Of a stretch of 32,000 bases of DNA, positions 8,187 through 15,108 are shown one piece after another. The DNA comes from Halogeometricum borinquense DSM 11551 (GTDB lineage: Archaea; Halobacteriota; Halobacteria; Halobacteriales; Haloferacaceae): the NCBI RefSeq assembly GCF_000172995.2, contig NC_014729.1, forward strand, positions 2,160,001 to 2,192,000, read 5' to 3'. Below the pieces are notes generated by a model. The model was not told the origin of the DNA, ran no database searches, and was given only the letters and a program-made list of their open reading frames with translations. The stretch's first letter is position 1; each line of letters begins with the position of its first letter. Position numbers and translations under genes: made by a program.

Positions 8187-8750
8187 TTAGCTAATGAACT
8201 TGTTGTCGCGCCAGTTGACGCCGCCGCTTCCGGAACCGCCTTTCGAGGGGTTCTCTACGACTTCGATGGTCGCCGGACGTTCTTCGCCCTCGACGATACG
8301 CGTCGCGTGTAGTTCGTCGTCCGATTCGGTAATCGCTGTGAGCGTTCCTTTCTCGGCGATCTTGGCAATTTCTTGGAGAACGAGGAACATGGGGTACTGC
8401 AGGGCCGTGTTCTGGAGTACCGTCTCGCGGTCTCCTTTAAAGCAGGCGAACTCGACGAGCTCTGACGGAATCTCCTCTTCTTCTTCGCCCCAGCGTGGCG
8501 CGCCTGCGCGCGGTGGTTCCTCCTCGTACACGCGGTTCTCCGTGACACTCGCTTTGAGTTGTGCCGTCGGGGTGTACTTACTGAGATTATCGTCGGCCGC
8601 GACGGCCTTGAGGATGAGCGTGTTGTTCCGGCGAGTGACTTCTACGTCCTCGACTTCAGGGGGAAGTTCGGGATCGTTTTCGAAGAATTCCATGACATCT
8701 TCGAGTGGCAATTCGAGCGTTGAGTGAAGTCGGTATACGCGGCCTGACAT
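8187..8750 (-). CDS. Conserved hypothetical acidic protein (no family recognised)
   Basis: Clean 187-aa ORF with an ATG start, high GC3 and halophile-like acidic composition. It has an internal EEEEE linker and a Gly/Ser stretch before a VNWRDNKFIS C-terminus. The opposite-strand ORF (8194-8727) is Ser/Arg-rich noise. Confidence 0.7.
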   Translation of the reverse strand: MSGRVYRLHSTLELPLEDVMEFFENDPELPPEVEDVEVTRRNNTLILKAVAADDNLSKYTPTAQLKASVTENRVYEEEPPRAGAPRWGEEEEEIPSELVEFACFKGDRETVLQNTALQYPMFLVLQEIAKIAEKGTLTAITESDDELHATRIVEGEERPATIEVVENPSKGGSGSGGVNWRDNKFIS

Positions 8751-8860
8751 TGTTGGAAACAGTATCGGGGTGCTGTGACGCGCGGCGGCGCGACGTCGAT
8801 ACCTGTGTTGGTGTAGGACCTACGCACATATATGGCCTACTCTTTGATTCGCCCCACCGA

Positions 8861-8905
8861 ATGAAAATAGAAGTCACTGTCGAGTCGGGACGACAGTCCG
8901 ACTCA
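8861..8905 (-). terminator. Hairpin plus T-rich tract after the glutaredoxin gene
   Basis: gagtcgg (8882-8888) pairs with ccgactc (8898-8904), overlapping the stop codon. On the minus strand it is followed by gacttctattttcat. Confidence 0.4.
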
Positions 8906-9244
8906 GGCCGAAAGCGTCTCGCCGAGTTCGCCGCGTTCGTCCAGTTCTGCGAGGATATCGCTCCCGCCGACGAACTCGCCGTCAACGAACGTCTGCGGAA
9001 TCGTTTCCCATCCGCTGTGTTCTTCCAGCGCGGCACGATAGGCATCGAGAGCAGGGAGCACGTCAACCGTCTCGAACGACTCGCGGTGCTTGCCGATGAG
9101 TTCGAGAGCGCGCGCGGAGTATCCGCACTGCGGCATCAGTTGGTTGCCCTTCATGAACAGCACCACTTCGTTCGATTCGATGAGTTCGTCTACTCGCTCT
9201 TGTACATCTTCTTCCGACAGGTCGTTCCCCGGTTCGAAGGTCAT
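8903..9244 (-). CDS. Monothiol glutaredoxin (Grx4/CGFS-type, CGYS variant)
   Basis: VVLFMKGNQLMPQCGYSARALELI, then TIPQTFVDGEFVGGSDIL, is the classic monothiol Grx layout. The track start at 9271 is a TTG; the ATG at 9244 (MTFEPGNDLS...) is preferred. Confidence 0.85.
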   Translation of the reverse strand: MTFEPGNDLSEEDVQERVDELIESNEVVLFMKGNQLMPQCGYSARALELIGKHRESFETVDVLPALDAYRAALEEHSGWETIPQTFVDGEFVGGSDILAELDERGELGETLSA

Positions 9245-9312
9245 GGGCGAGAATATGCGACGACACGACAAATGGGTTGCGTCGTCAATCCAGCGCCGTC
9301 ACCCAGTCAGAC

Positions 9313-9954
9313 TTACGACTTTCTGCCGACGCCGACCACGTCGATAAGCGAGTAGACGGGGACACCGTCGATCTCTTCGAGGCCCTGTTTGTCCACGATG
9401 ACGACGCACGCGGCGGGTTCGCCGCCTTCCTCTCGGATAGCGTCGATAGTCTCGGTCATCGTTGTCCCCGAGGTGATGGTGTCATCAACGACGTAGCACT
9501 GGCGGTCACGAATCTGTGAGAAGTTCCGCGAGAACGACCCACCGAGTTCGTCGATGTCACCTTCCTCCCACTGATGTTTTGCCGGCGCGTAGGTTCCGAG
9601 GTCCGTGTCGAGTTCCCGCGCCACGACGGTGGCAAGCGGCGCGCCGGCTTTTTCGATGCCGATTGTGAGGTCCACGTCCTCGCCCTGTTTCTGCAGGAGA
9701 TCTGCCATCGCGTGCGCGATGTATCCCATGCGTTTGGAGTCGCGGCCGATGGCACTCCAGTCAACGTGGATGTCCTGTGGACCGCTCGCGCCACCGTTGT
9801 CACTCGCTGGTTTCGGACTCGACGCACCGCTCCGATCGACGAGCCAACTCGCCGTCTCGCGTGAGACGTTCAGTTCGTCGGCGATTTCACCTTTCGACAG
9901 ACCTCTGTCTGCGAGTTCCGCAGCACTCGCAATGAGGTCATCGACGTTCTTCAT
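9313..9954 (-). CDS. gfcR: Orotate-phosphoribosyltransferase-like transcriptional regulator (N-terminal HTH + PRTase domain, GfcR type)
   Basis: The N-terminus GLSKGEIADELNVSRETASWLV is an HTH. The C-terminal PRPP-binding loop is CYVVDDTITSGTT. It lies directly downstream of, and overlaps, the glucose dehydrogenase gene, as I recall for Haloferax volcanii GfcR. Confidence 0.75.
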   Translation of the reverse strand: MKNVDDLIASAAELADRGLSKGEIADELNVSRETASWLVDRSGASSPKPASDNGGASGPQDIHVDWSAIGRDSKRMGYIAHAMADLLQKQGEDVDLTIGIEKAGAPLATVVARELDTDLGTYAPAKHQWEEGDIDELGGSFSRNFSQIRDRQCYVVDDTITSGTTMTETIDAIREEGGEPAACVVIVDKQGLEEIDGVPVYSLIDVVGVGRKS

Positions 9955-11017
9955 ACGTGCTGAATTGAACGGCGGTTTTTATAGTGGTGTCGTCGTCTTC
10001 GAATGCCGCCGCGAAATTGTCAAGGTCACACACGCTCGTGACGAGATCGTCCGTAAACCACTCCGGATACGCCGCGAGCGTATCGACTGCGGATTCGAAG
10101 TGTTTGACGTGTGAGTTGACGCTTCCAAGCAACGCCTTGTTGTGCAGGACGATCTCTTTGTGTATCTCGCCGCCGTCGATTTCGAACTCCCACGAACCGG
10201 GGACGCCGAGGAGCGTGGCGACACCGTTCGGTGCGAGCGCGCGGACGCTGTCGAAGGCGTGCTTAGCGTACCCCGTCGCCTCGTAGACGAGATCCATCGA
10301 TTCGAACTCGTCGGGGACGGCCGAGACGGGCGTCTCTCGGGAGTCTACGTACGTCGCCCCGAGTTTCTCGATAATGTCGATAGTCGGGTCCGGACGGTCG
10401 CGCCGCCCGAGACAGTACAGGCGGTCGTAGCCGAGTTTGTCTCGCAGGAGCGCCAGCGTGAGGAGACCGAGGCTCCCGTTCCCGAGAACGATTGCCGACT
10501 CAGGTTCCCACGTGAAACTCGACCGGGAGGCGTACGCGAGTTCGACTGCCTTCTCGGTGATCGAGATCGGTTCGATGAGAAAGCCGAGGTCGGTCAGCGA
10601 CTCGGGAATCTGGACGAGATACTGCTCGTGGCTGACGAAATACTCGGCCATGAAGCCGTGTTCGCCGACGATCCCCCGTTCGTGGTACATTCCCTCGGGG
10701 GCCATATCGGGTTCGCCGCGTTCGAAGTACTCGTTCCCGCCGTTGGGCGGCCGTCGGACCGTCGGGACGACCACGTCGCCTGCCTCGAATCGGGTGCCGT
10801 TCGGGTCTTCGACGACGCCGACGGCTTCGTGGCCGAGGACGAGGTGATCCTCCCCGTCCGGGAATCCCCCGTGACCCCCGGAAATAACCTCGTGGTCGGT
10901 CCCGTCCACGCCGACGCGGAGGGTCCGGACGAGCGCTTCGCCCGTCTCCGGTTCCGGACGTGGCTTGTCCACGAGGACGGGTCGTCTCTCGCCCTTCTTC
11001 ACTGCGATTGCTCTCAT
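9938..11017 (-). CDS. gdh: Glucose 1-dehydrogenase (zinc-containing MDR family, halophilic type)
   Basis: MRAIAVKKGERRPVLVDKPRPEPETGEALVRTLRVGVDGTDHEV...LVLGHEAVGVV...FLIEPISITEKA closely matches the Haloferax mediterranei GlcDH sequence as I remember it, including Asp in place of Cys at the zinc site (GVDGTDHE). Confidence 0.92.
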   Translation of the reverse strand: MRAIAVKKGERRPVLVDKPRPEPETGEALVRTLRVGVDGTDHEVISGGHGGFPDGEDHLVLGHEAVGVVEDPNGTRFEAGDVVVPTVRRPPNGGNEYFERGEPDMAPEGMYHERGIVGEHGFMAEYFVSHEQYLVQIPESLTDLGFLIEPISITEKAVELAYASRSSFTWEPESAIVLGNGSLGLLTLALLRDKLGYDRLYCLGRRDRPDPTIDIIEKLGATYVDSRETPVSAVPDEFESMDLVYEATGYAKHAFDSVRALAPNGVATLLGVPGSWEFEIDGGEIHKEIVLHNKALLGSVNSHVKHFESAVDTLAAYPEWFTDDLVTSVCDLDNFAAAFEDDDTTIKTAVQFSTYEERR

Positions 11018-11048
11018 AGTCTCTCGGTAGGACCCACCCCACCAAAAG

Positions 11049-11056
11049 ATTTATTC
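11049..11056 (-). promoter_or_regulatory. A/T-rich box (GAATAAAT on the minus strand) upstream of gdh
   Basis: The only strongly A/T-rich stretch (agatttattctattatgag, 11047-11065) in the gdh upstream region. It ends about 32 nt before the ATG at 11017, implying a short leader. It is also a plausible place for GfcR-dependent control. Confidence 0.35.
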
Positions 11057-11258
11057 TATTATGAGTAAAGCGTTTGTCACGGTGAGTGCCTGCGTCGTGC
11101 CAGCCCGCGGCGCCACTCTAGAGACGGATTGACTCGTGTTCCGGCGATCACCGGGCAAGACGAAAGCCGTCTCTCTCACAGTCTGTCCAGTCCGACCGTG
11201 TCGGCACTCACCACACCCGTGCCAGTTTGCTCCGGATACGAGACCGACAACCCCGTTG

Positions 11259-11277
11259 AAAAAGCGCTTCGGAGTCG
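11259..11277 (-). terminator. Oligo-T tract immediately after purB
   Basis: On the minus strand the stop (11278-11280) is followed by cgactccgaagcgc and then ttttt (11259-11263). Confidence 0.4.
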
Positions 11278-12663
11278 CTACAGGTCGCCGACGAGTTCGT
11301 CGCCAAGTCCGACATACGTCGCAGGCGACAGCGCGCGAAGTTCCGCTCTAACGGATTCGTCCACGTCAAGTTCGTCGAACAGGTCACGGAAGTCCTCGAT
11401 TGTCACGTCGCGGCCGCGCGTGAGTTCCTTGACGCGTTCGTACGCTTCGGCGTCTCCCTCTCGTCGGAGGATAGTCTGCACCGCTTCACCGATAAGTTCG
11501 GGATGGGCCTCCAGTTCCTCGCGCATCACCTGTTCGTTTGGAACGACTTTGTCGAGGCCCGCGGCCGTCTTCCCGTAGCCGATGAGACAGTGGGCGAACG
11601 ACGACCCGATATTACGTTTCACCGTCGAATCCGAGAGGTCACGCTGGAGTCGGGAGTTCGTCACATAGTCTGCGAGGAACGTCAGATCCGCGTTCGCCTT
11701 CGAGAGGTTCCCTTCGCTGTTCTCGAAGTCGATTGGATTGACCTTGTGCGGCATCGTCGAGGAGCCAGTTTCACCCGCAGTGGCCTCTTGGCCGAGGTAG
11801 CGCTGGGAGACGTACATCCACACGTCGCGGTCCAAATCGAGGAGAACGTTGTTGACGCCGCGGAGCGCATCAAACAGAGCCGCGAGGTCGTCGCAGGGGT
11901 TCACCTGCGTCGTCAACGCGGTGTGTTCGAGACCGAGATCCGTGACGAACGTTCGGGAGAACGAACGCCAGTCAACGTCTGGGTAGGCGGCAACGTGCGC
12001 GGCGTACGTTCCTGATGCGCCCGCGAGTTTACCCGAAAGGGTTGCGGCGGCCTCCTTCACACGCCCGAGTTGCTGGCCGATGCGGGCGGCGTAGACGGCC
12101 ATTTCTTTCCCAAAGGTCGTCGGCGTCGCGGGTTGACCGTGCGTACGCGCGAGCATCGGGGTCGCGCGGTGCTCCCGTGCGAGTGCGGTGAGTTCGTCCC
12201 GTACATCTTCGATAGCGGGGACGAGAACCTCCTCGACGGCGGGTTTGGCGAGGAGTCGGTGAGCGAGGTTGTTCACGTCCTCGGACGTGAGGCCGAAGTG
12301 AATCCACGGATGGACGCGTTCGGGCGTCTCGGTGCGAACGAAGTATTCGACGGCCTTTACGTCGTGATTCGTCGCCGAGTAGCCTTCGGCACCTTCGGTT
12401 TCGAGTCGCTTTACGAGGCGTGCGTCGTCGCCGTCGAACGAGTCGTACAGACCGCGAACCGTCTCGCGTTCCTCGTCCGAGAGCGAAAGCGGCGTGGCGT
12501 CGAGGTCAGCGAGTGCGAGGAGGTACTCGGCTTCGACACGCACGCGAGCGCGCATCAGCGCGGCTTCGCTGGCGTACGGGACGAGCGGTGCGGTTCGACC
12601 GGCGTAGCGACCGTCCAACGGCGAGACGGCGGCAAGCGAATCCGAACGAGAGAGGTCGTCCAT
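11278..12663 (-). CDS. purB: Adenylosuccinate lyase
   Basis: SPLDGRY N-terminal motif, the fumarate-lyase signature GSSTMPHKVNP, and a length of about 460 aa. The track start at 12690 is a TTG; the ATG at 12663 (MDDLSRSD...) is preferred and has GCTTTTGC at about -26..-31. Confidence 0.9.
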   Translation of the reverse strand: MDDLSRSDSLAAVSPLDGRYAGRTAPLVPYASEAALMRARVRVEAEYLLALADLDATPLSLSDEERETVRGLYDSFDGDDARLVKRLETEGAEGYSATNHDVKAVEYFVRTETPERVHPWIHFGLTSEDVNNLAHRLLAKPAVEEVLVPAIEDVRDELTALAREHRATPMLARTHGQPATPTTFGKEMAVYAARIGQQLGRVKEAAATLSGKLAGASGTYAAHVAAYPDVDWRSFSRTFVTDLGLEHTALTTQVNPCDDLAALFDALRGVNNVLLDLDRDVWMYVSQRYLGQEATAGETGSSTMPHKVNPIDFENSEGNLSKANADLTFLADYVTNSRLQRDLSDSTVKRNIGSSFAHCLIGYGKTAAGLDKVVPNEQVMREELEAHPELIGEAVQTILRREGDAEAYERVKELTRGRDVTIEDFRDLFDELDVDESVRAELRALSPATYVGLGDELVGDL

Positions 12664-12803
12664 GCGCGAGGATGCCCGCGGATGGTGCAAAAGCGTATCG
12701 ATGGACTATCCCACTCTCGTGCATACCTAGTGGGATTCGACGCACTTTATCGGCGATTTATATGCTCAAACGTGTATAGGTTCGTCGTAGAGACCGCAAC
12801 TGT

Positions 12804-12809
12804 TTTTCT
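12804..12809 (+). promoter_or_regulatory. T-rich TATA-like box (TTTTCT) upstream of purNH
   Basis: At -23..-28 from the ATG at 12832. The same hexamer is at -24..-29 from the GTG start of the NRDE gene (17654-17659). A second candidate, atttatatg at 12756-12764, lies in the same divergent purB/purNH spacer. Confidence 0.4.
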
Positions 12810-12831
12810 CTCGGCCTGAGGGGATACGCAT

Positions 12832-14409
12832 ATGACCAAGATTGCCGGTCTGGCGAGCAATCGCGGGCGGAACCTTCTGCACATCGACGAGCGAACACCC
12901 GGCGGCGCAGAACTCGCCGTCGTCCTGTCGAACGAGGAGGGCGCGCCCGTCCTCGACGCCGCGGCTGAACGAGGAATCCCGACGGAAGTCGTCGAGCGCG
13001 ATGACGACGAGTCGCGCGAGTCCCACGAACGACGCGTTCTCGACCGACTGTCGAGTTACGATTTCGACGTGGTCTGTCTGGATGGTTACATGCGAATCCT
13101 CACCGAGACGTTCATCGATGCGGCACCGACGACGCTCAACGTCCACCCGTCGATCCTGCCGTCGTTCCCCGGCATGGACGCCCACGAGCAGGTTCTCGAT
13201 GCCGGCGTTCGGATGACTGGCTGTACGGTCCACGTCGTCACCGAGGAGGTCGATGCCGGACCCATCGTCACCCAAGAGGCCGTGCCGGTCTACGAGAGCG
13301 ACGACGAGGCGTCCCTGAAAGAGCGTGTTCTCTACGAGGGCGAGTTCACGGCCTACCCGCGCGCAGTGCGGTGGTTTGCGGAGGGACGCATCGAGATTGA
13401 CGGCGACACCGTGCGCGTCGATGGTGACGACGGTGGCGACTTCCCCGAGCGACGTCTCGTCACTGACGACAAAGTGGCGGAACTCCGCTACGGCGAGAAC
13501 CCGCATCAGGACGCCGCCGTCTACGCCGACGACGCCTGCGAGGAGGCGTCCGTCGTCCGCGCGCCGCAACTCAACGAGGGAGCGAAGGGCCTCTCGTACA
13601 ACAACTACAACGACGCCGACGGCGCGCTCAACCTGATCAAAGAGTTCGACGAACCAGCCGCGGCGGTCATCAAGCATACGAATCCCGCAGGCTGTGCCAC
13701 GGCGGATTCACTCTCGGACGCGTACGAGAAAGCGCTCTCGACGGACCCGATGAGCGCATTCGGCGGTATCGTCGCCCTCAACCGCGAGTGCGACGCCGAG
13801 ACGGCCGAGCAGATCATCGACTCGTTCAAGGAAGTCGTCGTCGCGCCGGGCTACACCGACGCCGCACTCGACGTTCTGACCGAGAAGAAGAACCTCCGCG
13901 TGCTTGACATCGGAGAACTCGGAGACCGGACGGATACGCTGACCGAGAAACCCCTCGTCGGCGGCCGACTTGTCCAAGAGCGTGACCTGTGGGCACCGAC
14001 CGAGGAGGACTTGGATATCGTCACCGAGACGAAGCCTACGGACGAGCAACTGGAGACGATGCTGTTCGCGTGGAAGGTGCTGAAGCACGTGAAATCCAAC
14101 GGTATTCTGTTCGCCGACGGCACCGAAACAGTCGGCGTCGGGATGGGACAGGTCTCTCGTGTGGACGCCGTCCGACTCGCCGCGATGAAGGCCGAAGAAC
14201 ACGCCGAAGGCAAGGGACCGGACGGTGCCGTAATGGCCTCTGACGCGTTCTTCCCGTTCCCGGACGGCATCGAAGAGGCCGCAGATGCCGGTATCGACGC
14301 AGTCATTCAACCCGGCGGCTCCGTCAACGACGAGGATGTCATTGCCGCTGCCGACGAACACGGTATCGCTATGGCGTTTACCGGGCAGCGGTGTTTCAGA
14401 CACGACTGA
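12832..14409 (+). CDS. purNH: Bifunctional GAR formyltransferase / AICAR formyltransferase (PurN-PurH[AICARFT] fusion, no IMP cyclohydrolase module)
   Basis: The N-terminal 200 aa carry PurN motifs (LNVHPSILPSFPG, VHVVTEEVDAGPI). The remainder is the AICARFT domain (LRYGENPHQ ... FTGQRCFRHD C-terminus). The MGS-like cyclohydrolase domain of bacterial PurH is absent. Confidence 0.88.
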   Translation: MTKIAGLASNRGRNLLHIDERTPGGAELAVVLSNEEGAPVLDAAAERGIPTEVVERDDDESRESHERRVLDRLSSYDFDVVCLDGYMRILTETFIDAAPTTLNVHPSILPSFPGMDAHEQVLDAGVRMTGCTVHVVTEEVDAGPIVTQEAVPVYESDDEASLKERVLYEGEFTAYPRAVRWFAEGRIEIDGDTVRVDGDDGGDFPERRLVTDDKVAELRYGENPHQDAAVYADDACEEASVVRAPQLNEGAKGLSYNNYNDADGALNLIKEFDEPAAAVIKHTNPAGCATADSLSDAYEKALSTDPMSAFGGIVALNRECDAETAEQIIDSFKEVVVAPGYTDAALDVLTEKKNLRVLDIGELGDRTDTLTEKPLVGGRLVQERDLWAPTEEDLDIVTETKPTDEQLETMLFAWKVLKHVKSNGILFADGTETVGVGMGQVSRVDAVRLAAMKAEEHAEGKGPDGAVMASDAFFPFPDGIEEAADAGIDAVIQPGGSVNDEDVIAAADEHGIAMAFTGQRCFRHD

Positions 14410-14521
14410 GTGAAACGAAGGAGTGTCTGAAGCTCGCGGGCGAGCGGAGCGAGGACGCGGTGTTTCAGACACGACTCAGAAGTAGCTGAGATTTGTGTGG
14501 ACACAAACACGATTCAGAAGT
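14388..14521 (+). repeat. Duplicated purNH 3' end: 20-bp exact direct repeat, a third degenerate copy, and an inverted copy able to pair with either repeat
   Basis: gcggtgtttcagacacgact at 14388-14407 (last codons of purNH) and again at 14457-14476. acacgactcagaagt (14469-14483) matches acacgattcagaagt (14507-14521) at 14 of 15 positions. gtgtctgaa (14423-14431) is the reverse complement of ttcagacac in both repeats. Palindrome tttgtgt-gg-acacaaa at 14492-14507. Confidence 0.85.
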
Positions 14522-14559
14522 CGGTGGCGCTTGTGTGACAATTCAGCGGAGCGTGACCA

Positions 14560-14997
14560 TCACTCCCGTCCGATACTCACAACGAGGACGGGCCGACTCG
14601 TATTCTGGACGACTCGTTCGGTGACACTCCCCAGACTTGCCAGTTTATCCCGGCCGGTGCGTCCGTGCGTTCCCATCACGACCGCGTCAACGTCGTGTTC
14701 GTCGGCGTAATCGAGAATACAGCGGTAGGGAACGCCGTCGCGGACGGCCGTCGTACACTCTACGTCGGCCTCGCGGACCGTCGTAGCCACCTCATTGACC
14801 GCAGTGACGGCGTCCTCGTGCAGGGAGTCCTGCAACTCATCCTTTTGCTCTTCACCCGCCGCGAGGTAGAGACGACGGTCCACCACCGAGAGGACGTGAA
14901 TCGTCGCGTCCGAGAGCGTGGCAATCTCGATTGCGTGTTCGAGGGCTTTCTTCGTCCCGTCGCTCCCGTCTGTCGGCACGAGTATCGAGTTGTACAT
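14560..14997 (-). CDS. Universal stress protein (UspA family)
   Basis: ILVPTDGSDGTKKALEHAIEIA ... VVMGTHGRTGRDKLASLGSVTERVVQNTSRPVLVV is the canonical Usp ATP-binding pattern. TTGATAA box at -25..-31. Confidence 0.9.
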   Translation of the reverse strand: MYNSILVPTDGSDGTKKALEHAIEIATLSDATIHVLSVVDRRLYLAAGEEQKDELQDSLHEDAVTAVNEVATTVREADVECTTAVRDGVPYRCILDYADEHDVDAVVMGTHGRTGRDKLASLGSVTERVVQNTSRPVLVVSIGRE

Positions 14998-15021
14998 CGA
15001 CCACCGGTTCGTCGGCCACCG

Positions 15022-15028
15022 TTATCAA
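15022..15028 (-). promoter_or_regulatory. TATA-like box (TTGATAA on the minus strand) for a leaderless usp transcript
   Basis: ttatcaa at 15022-15028 is TTGATAA on the coding strand, at -25..-31 from the ATG at 14997. Confidence 0.45.
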
Positions 15029-15108
15029 CTTCAGTCCGAACGGGTGAGGGCGCAAGTCGTCGCTCCGAGGTTCGACACTCCTAAGCGCGGCGCTCGTGAC
15101 CTTCGCAT

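Noticed and set aside
8129-8194. 21-codon ORF (MRTSSLCSTRARLGRCDERVS) downstream of the gtcaattgata motif
   Set aside because: It is very short and basic, overlaps the stop of the 8187-8750 gene, and has nothing beyond position to support it. It is mentioned only in connection with a possible antisense TSS.
14388-14476. Interpreting the 20-bp direct repeats as attL/attR of an integrated element
   Set aside because: Only 49 bp lie between the copies, there is no integrase or cargo, and the site is not a tRNA gene. A local duplication or a structural RNA element fits better.
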